Shown: positions 49,355 through 59,863, counted from the stretch's first letter. The stretch: 64,000 bases of DNA from Pseudomonadota bacterium (GCA_023387085.1 JAEWIL010000047.1:1141-65140), one strand, 5' to 3'. Numbers and translations: made by a program. The notes: a model not told the origin generated them from the sequence alone.

Positions 49355-51961
49355 ATGCTGCGCATATTGCCGAGTGTGCCGAGCGACATTGCCTTTCTTC
49401 GGGATGGCGGCGAAATGGGCCGCCTGATCGCCGAGTATGACTGGGGGGCAACGCCGATCGGTCCGATCTCCAACTGGCCGCAGAGCCTCTGCGCGATCGT
49501 CGCTTTCATGGTCCATTCGCCGGTTCCGCTCGTCCTTCTGTGGGGCGAGGAAGGGACGATGCTCTATAACGACGGCTATTCTGTCTTCGCCGCCCAAAAC
49601 CATCCCCGCCTGCTCGGATCGCCGGTGCGCGTCGGCTGGCCCGAGGTGGCGGAGTTCAACGACCATGTCATGAAGGTCGGGCTTGCCGGTGGAACATTGG
49701 CGTACAAGGATCATGTGCTACGCCTCAATCGCACCGGTCACTTCGAGGATGTCTGGCTCGATCTCGACTATTCGCCCGTCTACGACGATGACGGCGTTCC
49801 GGCCGGTGTGCTGGCGATCGTCATCGAGACGACGGAAGCAGTCAAGGCGATCAATGCGCTTCGCGCCAGCGAAACGCGGCTGCGCTTCCTCGACCGGCTG
49901 GGACGCGCAACCGCCGCCAGCCCCGACGCAGACGAAATCCTGCGCATCACGACGCGCATGGTCGGCGAGCATCTCGGCGTTTCGATCTGCGCCTATGCGG
50001 GCATGGACAGCGATCAGGACGGCTTCACGGTTCGCGGCGACTGGTTCGCTCCGGGGTCGAAGTCGATCGTCGGACATTATAGGCTGTCCGATTTCGGCGA
50101 GTTGGCCGTCAGCAATCTGCGCGCTGGCCGCCCGCTGGTCATCAACGACAATCGCACCGAGATTCCCTCCGAAGCGGCCGCGACATTCCAGGCAATCGGC
50201 ATTGGCGCGACGATTTGCATGCCGCTGGTCAAGGACGGCCGCCTTACCGCGCTTATGGCGATCCATCACAGCGGACGGCACCGTTGGACGAGCGAGGAAC
50301 TTGCGACGATCCGCGAGGTCACCGACCGCAGCTGGGCCCATATCGAACGCGTCCAGATCGATGCCGAGCTTCGCTCGACCGCCGAACGGCTCCGCGAACT
50401 CAACGAGACGCTCGAACACCGGGTGGAGGAACGATCCGCCGCACTCGAACGCAGCCAGACCCAGTTCCGCCTGCTTGTTCAGGGCGTGACCGACTATGCG
50501 ATTTATATGCTTGACGATGTCGGCAATGTAACAAGCTGGAATGCGGGCGCCGAGCGGATCAAGGGCTACACGCCCGACGAGATCATCGGGCAGCATTTTT
50601 CTTCCTTTTACCAAGAGCAGGACCGCGCAGCCGGCGAGCCCGAGAAGGCGCTCGAGACTGCGCGCCGCGAAGGTCGCTTCGCGGCCGAGGGATGGCGCGT
50701 CCGCAAGGACGGGACGCGCTTTCGGGCGAGCGTGGTCATCGACGCCATCCATGACGACGAGGGCAAACCCGTTGGCTTTGCCAAGATTACGCGCGACGTG
50801 ACCGAACGCGAGGAGGCGCTGCGCGAGCTGGAGATCGCGCGCGAGGCATTGTTCCAGTCGCAGAAGATGGAGGCGATCGGCCAGCTAACGGGCGGCGTCG
50901 CGCATGATTTCAACAACCTGCTGGCAGCAATTCACGGCAGCCTCGAGTTGTTGCGCAAGCGCACCGGCGATGATCCGCAGACGCTGAGGTTGCTCGACAA
51001 CAGCCTGAAGGCGACCGAACGCGGCGCGGCGCTCACGCAGCGCATGCTTGCCTTCGCGCGCAGGCAGGAGCTTGCAACCGAGCATGTGGCGATCGAACCG
51101 CTCGTCGCCGGCGTGATGGACCTGATCCAGCGCTCGCTGGGACCAACCTTTGCCATCGAGACACGCTTCCCCGCCGATCTTCCGGCGGTCGCAGCGGATA
51201 TCCATCAACTCGAAATGGCGTTGCTCAACCTCGCCGTCAACGCGCGCGATGCCATGCCCGAAGGCGGGACGATCGTCTTCGACGGCGAAGAGCGGGCCGT
51301 GTCGACGGGCGAAATTCCGGACCTCTCCGCCGGCCATTATGTGCGTCTGACCGTCACCGACGAAGGTGTCGGAATGGATGCGGAGACGCTGGCTCGCGCC
51401 GCCGATCCGTTCTTCACCACCAAGGGCGTCGGCAAGGGAACCGGACTCGGCCTCTCGATGGTCCATGGCTTCGCTCGCCAGCTCGGCGGCGTGCTCCAGC
51501 TCGAAAGCACACCGGGAGCAGGGACGCGCGCGCATATCTGGTTGCCGGTCAGCGTTGCCGCGACACCAGGCACGGCGGCCGATACCGAAGCCATTTCGCC
51601 CGACCCCTCGCGATGCCGTCGCATCCTCGTCGTCGACGACGACGCGATCATCCTGATGAACACGGCGGCGCTCCTCGAAGATCTCGGCCATCAGGTCATC
51701 GAGGCGGGATCGGGCGAAGAGGCGCTTCAATTGATCGCCCAACATCCCGACATCGATCTGATCATCACGGACCAGGCTATGCCGGGAATGACCGGCAGCC
51801 AGCTCATTGACGCCTTGCGGAGCGAACGTCCGGAGGTGCCGGTCATCCTCGCCACCGGCTATGGCGAAACCCCGGGTGATGGGAACCAGGCAGTCCAGCG
51901 CCTCGGCAAGCCCTTCGGGCAAAAGGAACTTCAGCGCGCGGTGGCCGCCGCCGGAGGCTGA
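49355..51961 (+). CDS. cytoplasmic hybrid sensor kinase (PAS-GAF-PAS-HisKA-HATPase-REC)
   Basis: SWNAGAERIKGY (PAS), GGVAHDFNNLL, NLAVNARDAM, GKGTGLGL, ILVVDDD...TDQAMPG. Confidence 0.93.
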   Translation: MLRILPSVPSDIAFLRDGGEMGRLIAEYDWGATPIGPISNWPQSLCAIVAFMVHSPVPLVLLWGEEGTMLYNDGYSVFAAQNHPRLLGSPVRVGWPEVAEFNDHVMKVGLAGGTLAYKDHVLRLNRTGHFEDVWLDLDYSPVYDDDGVPAGVLAIVIETTEAVKAINALRASETRLRFLDRLGRATAASPDADEILRITTRMVGEHLGVSICAYAGMDSDQDGFTVRGDWFAPGSKSIVGHYRLSDFGELAVSNLRAGRPLVINDNRTEIPSEAAATFQAIGIGATICMPLVKDGRLTALMAIHHSGRHRWTSEELATIREVTDRSWAHIERVQIDAELRSTAERLRELNETLEHRVEERSAALERSQTQFRLLVQGVTDYAIYMLDDVGNVTSWNAGAERIKGYTPDEIIGQHFSSFYQEQDRAAGEPEKALETARREGRFAAEGWRVRKDGTRFRASVVIDAIHDDEGKPVGFAKITRDVTEREEALRELEIAREALFQSQKMEAIGQLTGGVAHDFNNLLAAIHGSLELLRKRTGDDPQTLRLLDNSLKATERGAALTQRMLAFARRQELATEHVAIEPLVAGVMDLIQRSLGPTFAIETRFPADLPAVAADIHQLEMALLNLAVNARDAMPEGGTIVFDGEERAVSTGEIPDLSAGHYVRLTVTDEGVGMDAETLARAADPFFTTKGVGKGTGLGLSMVHGFARQLGGVLQLESTPGAGTRAHIWLPVSVAATPGTAADTEAISPDPSRCRRILVVDDDAIILMNTAALLEDLGHQVIEAGSGEEALQLIAQHPDIDLIITDQAMPGMTGSQLIDALRSERPEVPVILATGYGETPGDGNQAVQRLGKPFGQKELQRAVAAAGG

Positions 51962-52065
51962 TCGCGGTAGCGCCGATCGCGGCCCGCCGCACCGAACCCT
52001 TTGGCAAAGGGTCGGGCAGCGGGATCGTATGGGATCTCGGAGGAGCTCAGGCGAGACGTCCCTTC

Positions 52066-52689
52066 TCAGGTCAATCCATGCCTCAGCATCTTATTGTAGA
52101 TGGAAATTACCTTATCCAAACTATACTCATCCGCAGATTTATTTCTGAAATATCTCAAATGAAGATAACTTCTGGCTGCCATAAGTATATATGCTATGGC
52201 TTCTAACTCATCTTCTTCAAAATTCTTGATAGACCCGTCCAATATTCCCCTTTTTAATGATTTTTTATAACTTTCTCCTAACATTTTATAATGCTCTTCA
52301 TGGGCAACGGGGGACGCCGTTTCCGCTTCGTTAAGAATGCGGAAAAATCCTTCGTTCTCGTCAACGAAATCGAAGAAGGCGCGAATACCCTTATCTTCCA
52401 TTTCATAAATGTCCGATGACGATACGATCTTTCTTTTGATATACTCCTGCATTTTCTTGCCAACAAAAGGCAAAAGCTCATCCATCAAATTCTGGCGGGA
52501 TTCGAAATACAGATATAACGAGCCTTCCGCCACCCCGGCGGCCGCGGCGATTCATTTCATCGTGGCTCCGTTGTAGCCCATTCGACCGACGACGATTGCC
52601 GCGGCCGACAAAATTTTGGCCTTCGCAGCGGGTTCAAGGTCTTTTCGAGTGGGGCGCTTGGTTCGGCGCGTGGCCGATGGATTAGGCAT
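52066..52689 (-). pseudogene. TetR/AcrR family regulator with in-frame nonsense codon
   Basis: ATG 52689: MPNPS...KILSAAAIVVGRMGYNGATMK*IAAAAGVAEGSLYLYFES; TGA at 52552-52554 (codon 46). Confidence 0.82.
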
Positions 52690-52907
52690 ATGGCAATCTC
52701 GTCTGATCTTTGGAGCCGACATTCACAATTGCGCGTCGATAGCTGGCTCGATTTATGGCCCGCCGCGTCTTCGGAAACCGCAGTTGCGTGTCCGCCCATA
52801 TCCGGCGAAGTCGGCCGCCGGTCAAGCCAATTTGAGCGACCACTCACCGAACCGCTAGCGAAACCGCAGCCTGCATATCCCTACCGACTCCCAATCGAAA
52901 TATTCAA

Positions 52908-52936
52908 TGAGCGACAACTCAGTGAGTGTTGACTCA
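52908..52936. promoter_or_regulatory. tandem TGAG-N6-CTCA boxes, candidate TetR operator
   Basis: TGAGcgacaaCTCA (52908-52921) and TGAGtgttgaCTCA (52923-52936), overlapping a TTGAC. Confidence 0.55.
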
Positions 52937-53012
52937 TCGATTGAGCTGTGACAGGGTGCCTTCACAACAAAAGAATTACGCGATGTCGGACGACATGCTG
53001 GGTGAGGGCATC

Positions 53013-54173
53013 ATGAATTTTGACGAAGGAGATTTGATCTCCGAAATCCGCTCGACACTCGAGCGCTTTGTCCAAAAGGAAATGCCCCGCGAACGCGCCG
53101 CGGAATGGGACGCCGCCAACAGCTTCCCTCGCGATGTGTTCGCCAAGCTTGCCGGCCTTGGGATGTTCGGACTGACGGTACCCGAAGAATATGGCGGTGC
53201 CGGGCGCAATATCCTGGCGACCATGGTCGTGATCGAAGAACTGTCACGGCGCAGCCTGGCTGTCTCGGTTCCCTACATCATGGCTACTTGTTATGCGGGA
53301 ATGAACCTCGTCGAGTGCGGATCCGAGGAGCAAAAGCGAGAGCTGCTTCCAAAGGTCGCCGATGGGCGATTCATGTTCGCATATGGATTGACCGAACCCG
53401 ATGTCGGCGCCGATCTGGCGAGCGTCAAAACGCGGGCGGAGCGCGACGGGGACATCGTCCGGATCAATGGCGCCAAGCGCTTTTGCTCCGGCGCCGGCAT
53501 AGCCGACTATATATATACGCTGGTCCGCTCGGGTCCCGAAGCCGACCGCTATCGCAATCTTACATTAGTCATGGTCCCTCGCACCGCTGAAGGCGTTTCG
53601 ATCACGCCGATCAAGGCCATGGGTATGAAGGGGGCGGCAACGACGGACGTTGCCTTCACCGACGTGGAAGTTCCGATCGCCAATGTCATGGGCGGCGCGG
53701 CGGGCTGGAATAATGGCTGGAGCATGTTGGCGGGTCCGGGGCTGGATGTCGAAAAGCTCGAAGTCGCGGCGATCAGTATCGGCATAGCGCGAGCGGCGCT
53801 GGACGACGCATGGGACTATGCCCGCGAACGGCAGCAATTCGGCCAACCGATCGCGAATTTCCAGTCGATACAGCACAAGCTGGCCGAGATGCAGACCCGG
53901 ATCCATGCCGCAAAGTTGACCGTGTATCAGGCGGCATGGCTTGCGGACCAGCACCGCCCGTGCGCTACGGAATCATCCATGGCCAAGCTGTTTGCAACAG
54001 AAGTTTGCAAATATTGCGCCACGGAAAGCCAATCGGTTTTGGGTGCCTATGGCTATGTCAGCGACTTCAGCGTCGAAAGATATGTCCGCGATGCTCTTCT
54101 TATGCCGATTATCGGCGGATCATCGGCAGTTCAACTCAACAATATTTTCAAGATGTCGAACAAGAACAGATAA
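53013..54173 (+). CDS. acyl-CoA dehydrogenase
   Basis: GLTEPDVGADL, NGAKRFCS, RQQFGQPIANFQSIQHKLAEM, LGAYGY; start ATG 53013. Confidence 0.92.
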   Translation: MNFDEGDLISEIRSTLERFVQKEMPRERAAEWDAANSFPRDVFAKLAGLGMFGLTVPEEYGGAGRNILATMVVIEELSRRSLAVSVPYIMATCYAGMNLVECGSEEQKRELLPKVADGRFMFAYGLTEPDVGADLASVKTRAERDGDIVRINGAKRFCSGAGIADYIYTLVRSGPEADRYRNLTLVMVPRTAEGVSITPIKAMGMKGAATTDVAFTDVEVPIANVMGGAAGWNNGWSMLAGPGLDVEKLEVAAISIGIARAALDDAWDYARERQQFGQPIANFQSIQHKLAEMQTRIHAAKLTVYQAAWLADQHRPCATESSMAKLFATEVCKYCATESQSVLGAYGYVSDFSVERYVRDALLMPIIGGSSAVQLNNIFKMSNKNR

Positions 54174-54214
54174 TTTCTTGAAATAACAACAGACAACCAT
54201 AATGGGAGGATGTC

Positions 54215-56737
54215 ATGATCGATTGGAAGCGTAAGCTGCTCGGATTCACAGCGATTTCCATTATTACCTGCTCCACTCAGGCCGTAGCGCAAACGCAGGA
54301 GGCGGAGACGTCGGCAGTCGATGGCGACATCGTCGTGACCGCTCTGCGAAAAGACCAGAAACTGCGCGATGCGCCCGCCATCGTCGCGGTGCTGTCGGAG
54401 CAGACGATCGAAAACACCGGTGCCCGCGTCGCGGGCGATTTCGTGGCCCTGACCTCCGGCGTTACCCTGTCGACCGGCGCGACCGAACCGAACGATACGC
54501 TGGTCAATATCCGGGGTCTCTATGGCGCCCGCGACGGTGAAGGAAATGTGGCGCTGGTCGTCGATGGCGTTCTGAAACCAAGCCGGGCCGAATTCAACGA
54601 ACCCCAAGGGCCGTTGCAGCAGGTGGAAATATTGAAGGGACCCCAAGGTGCCCTGTACGGCCGCAGCGCGTCCGCCGGTGCCATCGTGATCACGACGAAG
54701 AAGCCCTCCGACCAGCTTTCCGGGGAGTTCAAGCTGTCGGGCGCAGAGGATAACACCTATCTTGCGTCCGCCACTCTCAGCGGCCCGATCGCAAATAATT
54801 TCGGGTTCGTGGTGAGCGCCGAATATTCGAAGACCGACGGCTATTATCGCAACTCTTTCCTCGGCACACCGCTCGCAAAACAGATTTACCCGGGATATTC
54901 GACCAACACGAAATCCGTCGATAGCCGGAACAAGATCAGCGCTTTCGGTCGTCTCTATTATGATGACGGCGATACGATCGTCGATGCCAAGGCAAATTAT
55001 GCCTACAGCAAGTTCGACGCCATTTCCTACAATGCTGTGTTCCACTTGCCCGGTCTGGCCGCGGCATTCGATGAACCGCTCTTCGACCTGCCCGTCAGCG
55101 ACCATAAGTTTGTTTTCACCAACAATCTGGACCCGCAGGGATGGTACAAGGCCTATGGCGCGTCGCTGCGCATTCAGCAGGAACTGGCCTTTGCCAAACT
55201 GATCGGCGTGGCATCCTACAGCAACAACAAGAATGAATTCATCGGCGGCGGCACCAGCGGCGCATTCGGCTTTTTCAACAACGAACCCAACTGTATAGCA
55301 TCACGCGCGGCGACGGACGGCGTTGTTCAAAACCAGGAGCCATTTACAAAGTACGCCGCGATATTCGGCTATGCCCAACCCTATGCTCCGACGACCTGCG
55401 ACGGACACCAGGGAAACAGCCGATCGCAGAAGGATATCGTCACGGAAATCCGGCTTGTCTCGCTGCCCGGCAGCTCGCTGCAGTGGCAGGTGGGCGCGAA
55501 CTATATCTACATCGATCGGCGCACGTGCATCAACCTGACCCTCGACACCGGCGTTGGTGGGGTGCGCGGATGCTATTCCACCGACCCTCGCTTCCAGACC
55601 GAGGCGTTGCAGGACGATACTTACACCACCGACGTCTACGCCATGTTCGCGGCGGTGGATTATGACATCACGAACCGGCTGAAACTTGGTCTCGCAATGC
55701 GGTATGACATCGAGGCGCGCGACGTCGTCAACAACGTCCCTGTCAATGCGCGGACACGCTGGGTCGGCAATCCGTCGGTCGGTGTTCCGCACGGAACCGC
55801 GACGACGCCAGCCAACTATTATCTGAACCCCGGCCTCGATCCCATCTATAACCCGCTCGGCTATCTGCCGCCGCGGTCGGCGACCTTCAAGCAGTTGCAG
55901 CCGAAGATCACCCTCACCTACAAAGCGAACCCCGTCACGACGATTTTCGGGTCATGGGGTATCGGCTTCAAGGCGGGCGGCTTTAACGCAGGCGGCAACA
56001 GCGCCATCATCGACCTTGCTTTCAATCAGGCGATCAACTCGGGAATCACCGTGCCCGACATCTATGACAAGGAACGGGTGAGCGCCTTTGAAATTGGCAT
56101 CAAAGGCAATTTGTTCAACAGCGTCGATTACGAAGTTGCGGGTTATTACACCGATGTGAAGGACATGCAGTTCTTCGAATTCTTCGTCGGCGATTTCGGC
56201 CTGCTGCGCTCGATTTCGAACATCGACAAGGTCAGGATCAAAGGGATCGAAGGTTCGGTCAATTGGCGCATCTCGCGGTCCTTTTCGCTGTTCGGGTCGG
56301 CCAATGTGATCGATACGAAGATCAAGAAGAACAGCGGCCGTCCCTACACCGTGGGCAACAAGGCGCCGTCGACACCCGACTATCAGATCACGGGCGGGGC
56401 GCAGTTCGACCATGGGTTGACCGACAGACTGAACATTTTTGCGCGCGCCGATGTGCAGGTGACCGGTCCGACGCCGTTCCATCCGGTGCAGGACAATCTG
56501 GTCCCGACCATCTTCGGAATGCCGGCGAATATGAAAAACTCGACGCGCGACACCTATACGCTCGTCAACGCGCGTATCGGGCTCGATCTTGACCGGTTGC
56601 GCGTGACGGCCTTTGCAACGAACCTGTTCGACAAGGAATTCGTTAGCGACGTCGTCCCTGCGCCGGAATTCGGCGGGGATTTCATTTCGCCGGGAACGCG
56701 TCGCCGCCTCGGCGTCGAACTCTCCTATAAATTCTAG
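54215..56737 (+). CDS. TonB-dependent receptor
   Basis: DIVVTA, VEILKGPQGALYGRSA, terminal Phe (SYKF). Confidence 0.92.
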   Translation: MIDWKRKLLGFTAISIITCSTQAVAQTQEAETSAVDGDIVVTALRKDQKLRDAPAIVAVLSEQTIENTGARVAGDFVALTSGVTLSTGATEPNDTLVNIRGLYGARDGEGNVALVVDGVLKPSRAEFNEPQGPLQQVEILKGPQGALYGRSASAGAIVITTKKPSDQLSGEFKLSGAEDNTYLASATLSGPIANNFGFVVSAEYSKTDGYYRNSFLGTPLAKQIYPGYSTNTKSVDSRNKISAFGRLYYDDGDTIVDAKANYAYSKFDAISYNAVFHLPGLAAAFDEPLFDLPVSDHKFVFTNNLDPQGWYKAYGASLRIQQELAFAKLIGVASYSNNKNEFIGGGTSGAFGFFNNEPNCIASRAATDGVVQNQEPFTKYAAIFGYAQPYAPTTCDGHQGNSRSQKDIVTEIRLVSLPGSSLQWQVGANYIYIDRRTCINLTLDTGVGGVRGCYSTDPRFQTEALQDDTYTTDVYAMFAAVDYDITNRLKLGLAMRYDIEARDVVNNVPVNARTRWVGNPSVGVPHGTATTPANYYLNPGLDPIYNPLGYLPPRSATFKQLQPKITLTYKANPVTTIFGSWGIGFKAGGFNAGGNSAIIDLAFNQAINSGITVPDIYDKERVSAFEIGIKGNLFNSVDYEVAGYYTDVKDMQFFEFFVGDFGLLRSISNIDKVRIKGIEGSVNWRISRSFSLFGSANVIDTKIKKNSGRPYTVGNKAPSTPDYQITGGAQFDHGLTDRLNIFARADVQVTGPTPFHPVQDNLVPTIFGMPANMKNSTRDTYTLVNARIGLDLDRLRVTAFATNLFDKEFVSDVVPAPEFGGDFISPGTRRRLGVELSYKF

Positions 56738-56882
56738 AGCCGTGAGATGATACGAAGGCCCCGGGGGGTGCGTTATCGCTGCCCGGGCCCCTCTCGAGGG
56801 GAAGACAGGCCGGCAAACACATATACGGGACCGCAGCAAAGCAAGCACTGCCGGTTCCAAGCGCTGCAGGAGGAATCTTAAC

Positions 56883-57278
56883 ATGACGCTTTCGCCCGCG
56901 AAATCGGCACTCGACGTGGGGGTCGTGGTCAGCGACCTTTCTGCCAGCCTGGCATTCTATTCGGATCTGCTGGGCCTTGCGGTGGCAGGCGAGATCGATC
57001 TGCCTTTCGGCAAACTGGTCCGCCTGTCCTTTGGCGACAGCTTTTTGAAATTATTGTCCCCACCATCGACGCCGCAGGCGCAGTCCAGCCCGCTGACGGA
57101 TCGGGCCGGCATTCAATATATCACATTTCAGATCTCCAATATCGACGACGCCAATGCCCGCATCACCGCGGAGGGCGTTCCCGTCGACATGCCGCTGCAA
57201 GAACTGATCCCGGGACTGAAAGTGCTGATGATCCGCGATCCTGACGGCAATATCGTCGAACTGATCGAGCGGCTGTAG
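56883..57278 (+). CDS. VOC/glyoxalase family protein
   Basis: VSDL.ASLAFYSDLLG, IRDPDGNIVELIE. Confidence 0.85.
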   Translation: MTLSPAKSALDVGVVVSDLSASLAFYSDLLGLAVAGEIDLPFGKLVRLSFGDSFLKLLSPPSTPQAQSSPLTDRAGIQYITFQISNIDDANARITAEGVPVDMPLQELIPGLKVLMIRDPDGNIVELIERL

Positions 57279-57302
57279 CCCAGACCCAACGGGAGAGAGA
57301 GC

Positions 57303-58148
57303 ATGCACGAACATAAGGCAGAAGTCGCGATCAGCGATCTGGTGTTTCCGGAAGGCCTGCGCTGGCACGATGGCCAGCTATGGTTTTCCGACATGTGGGA
57401 TTTCAAATTGCTGCGCGCGGACGCCGATGGGACATGCCATGCCGTGGCAGAGGTTCCCGATCGGCCATCGGGGCTGGGCTTTCTGACGGACGGGACGCCG
57501 ATCGTCGTGTCGATGGCCAACCGGCAGGTGTACCGCGTCACCAACGCGGGCCTTGAACCCTTTGCCGATCTTTCCTCGCTCGCGACCGGCGACGTGAACG
57601 ACATGATCGTTGCCGACGACGGGTGGGTGTATGTCGGGAATTTCGGCTACGACCTGTTCGGCGGGGCTGAATTTGCGGCTGCCGACCTGGTTTCCATATC
57701 GCCGCACGGCGCCGCCGGCGTCGCGGCGGAGGGACTGACATTCCCGAACGGCATGGTGTTGCTGGACGGCGGAAAGACGCTCGTCGTGGCCGAAACCTGG
57801 GCCAATCGTCTGACCGCCTTCACCCGTGATGTCGACGGATCGCTGAGCGATCGGCGCGTCTTTGCCGAACTGGGCGAGAGGACGCCGGACGGGCTCTGCT
57901 CCGACGCCGAAGATGGCGTCTGGGTCGCCAGCTTCGCGACAGGCGAGATGGTGCGCGTCGTCGATGGCGGCGAAGCGACCGACATCGTCAACTTCCCGGG
58001 CAAGCGCGCTGTCGCCTGCGCCCTCGGCGGGGCGGACGGCCGGCAGCTGTATTGCGCCACCTATGCCGGCGCGATCGAGGATATTCACACGCGTCAGCGA
58101 CTGGGCGCCATCGAAGTGGCCACCGTCCGCGTGCCCGCGCGAACATAG
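57303..58148 (+). CDS. SMP-30/gluconolactonase family protein
   Basis: FPEGLRW, VND, FPNGM, PDGLC.DAEDGVW. Confidence 0.9.
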   Translation: MHEHKAEVAISDLVFPEGLRWHDGQLWFSDMWDFKLLRADADGTCHAVAEVPDRPSGLGFLTDGTPIVVSMANRQVYRVTNAGLEPFADLSSLATGDVNDMIVADDGWVYVGNFGYDLFGGAEFAAADLVSISPHGAAGVAAEGLTFPNGMVLLDGGKTLVVAETWANRLTAFTRDVDGSLSDRRVFAELGERTPDGLCSDAEDGVWVASFATGEMVRVVDGGEATDIVNFPGKRAVACALGGADGRQLYCATYAGAIEDIHTRQRLGAIEVATVRVPART

Positions 58149-58243
58149 TCCCGACGTGATTCCGTCAGGTGCTTCGCGGCGCGCAGCGGGCCGACGAGGC
58201 ATCTGACGATCAATACCGAATAATTTTCTGGTGAGTAGGATCG

Positions 58244-59863
58244 ATGCGGAAAGAGTGGCTCGCAAGGCTCGATCAGGCGCGAATTGACGCGCATGTCGCG
58301 GCTGGGACGTGGCACAATGTCGTCATGTCGGATGTGGTCCGGTCGCTGGCGGATCGTGCCGTCAGCCCCCTGGCGGCGATCGACGGCGATCATCAGCTTA
58401 GCTATCGCGACATCTGGTCCGACGCCGTCCGGCTGGCGAGCGCCCTTGGCGCCCGCGGGTTGCGGCCCGGCGATGTCGTCAGCTTTCAGCTGCCCAACTG
58501 GCACGAAGTCATGGTCATCAACGTGGCGGCGTGCATGGCCGGGCTCGTCTGCAACCCGATCGTCCCGATCTATCGCGACAGCGAGGTCGAATTCATCCTG
58601 CGCGATTCCGGGGCCAAGGCCCTGTTCATTCCGGACAGTTTCCGCAGCATGAATTATATCGACATGGTCGAGCGGATCCGGCCGGGCTTGCCCGACCTTG
58701 CCCACGTCATTCTGGTGCGATCGGCGCACGACGATTATGAAGACTTCGCGGCGCTGATCGCGGACCAGCGCGAACTTATGGACTTCACGCCGCCCTCCCC
58801 CAATGCCGCGAAACTGCTGATGTATACGTCGGGGACGACCGGCAAGCCCAAGGGGGTGGTCCACACGCACAACACGCTTTGGTCCGAAACGATCGCTGTC
58901 AGGGATTTCTGGGCGGTATCCGACACCGACCGAATATTCATGGCGTCGCCGGTCACCCATATAACCGGATATATCTATGGGTTGGAGCTTGCGGCAGCGG
59001 GCGGCATTCCCACCGTGTTCATGGACAAGTGGGAGGCGGACCGCGCAATCGACCTCATCAGGCGGCACCGCGCGACCTTCACCGTCGCTGCGACGCCATT
59101 TCTCGTCGAGTTGGCCCGTTCCGCCAAAGCGCATGACGAACCGCTGGAATCGATGCGGCTGTTCGCATGCGGAGGCGCCCCGGTGGCGCCCGAACTGATC
59201 ATCGAAGCCACGCGCATTCTGAAAAACTGCCGGGCCGCGCGCGTCTATGGATCGACCGAGGCGCCCACGGTCAGCCCGGGGATTTTGCCCACCGACGATC
59301 CGCAGCGCGGCGCGCATACCGACGGGCGGATGGTGAACAGCGAGGTCCGGATCGTCGATGCCGCCGGCAATATTGTCGCACCGGGCGGTGAAGGCGAGAT
59401 ATGCGTACGCGGCCCGGAAGTGATGATTGGCTACGCCGATCCCGCGGCCAATGCCGACGCGTTCGACAGCGACGGATTTTTCCGTACCGGCGATTTGGGC
59501 GTCCTCGATGGCGAGGGGTTTCTGACCATCACCGGCCGCAAAAAGGATCTGATCATTCGCGGCGGCGAAAATATCAGCCCCAAGGAGATCGAGGACTGCC
59601 TGATGGCGCATCCCGACATCAAGGAAGCCAGCGTCGTCGCCGCGCCGCACGCCCGCCTGGGTGAGACGGTGATGGCCTATCTGATTGCCGAGGGCGAACG
59701 GCTGCTGACGCTGCAGGAGGTCGCCGGGCACCTCGACCGGCTGGGCTTGGCGAAACAGAAGCTACCCGAATTCATCGAATATCTGCCCGATTTTCCGCGC
59801 ACCGCCAGCGGCAAGGTCAAAAAGAACGTCCTTCGCGACCAAGCGCGGCAGGAGCGCCGTTAA
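58244..59863 (+). CDS. acyl-CoA ligase (cyclohexanecarboxylate-CoA-ligase-like)
   Basis: FQLPNW, YTSGTTGKPKG, YGSTE, FRTGDLG, GRKKDLIIRGGENISP. Confidence 0.9.
   Translation: MRKEWLARLDQARIDAHVAAGTWHNVVMSDVVRSLADRAVSPLAAIDGDHQLSYRDIWSDAVRLASALGARGLRPGDVVSFQLPNWHEVMVINVAACMAGLVCNPIVPIYRDSEVEFILRDSGAKALFIPDSFRSMNYIDMVERIRPGLPDLAHVILVRSAHDDYEDFAALIADQRELMDFTPPSPNAAKLLMYTSGTTGKPKGVVHTHNTLWSETIAVRDFWAVSDTDRIFMASPVTHITGYIYGLELAAAGGIPTVFMDKWEADRAIDLIRRHRATFTVAATPFLVELARSAKAHDEPLESMRLFACGGAPVAPELIIEATRILKNCRAARVYGSTEAPTVSPGILPTDDPQRGAHTDGRMVNSEVRIVDAAGNIVAPGGEGEICVRGPEVMIGYADPAANADAFDSDGFFRTGDLGVLDGEGFLTITGRKKDLIIRGGENISPKEIEDCLMAHPDIKEASVVAAPHARLGETVMAYLIAEGERLLTLQEVAGHLDRLGLAKQKLPEFIEYLPDFPRTASGKVKKNVLRDQARQERR

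Noticed and set aside
30160..52065. Direct repeats or att sites bounding the stress block
   Set aside because: Only a trivial 7-mer (CGTATGG) shared by the two ends; no integrase, transposase or tRNA, so not called a mobile element
52552..52554. TGA in tetR as selenocysteine or programmed read-through
   Set aside because: Position is in the HTH where no Cys is expected and no SECIS-like hairpin was recognised; nonsense mutation or sequencing error is simpler
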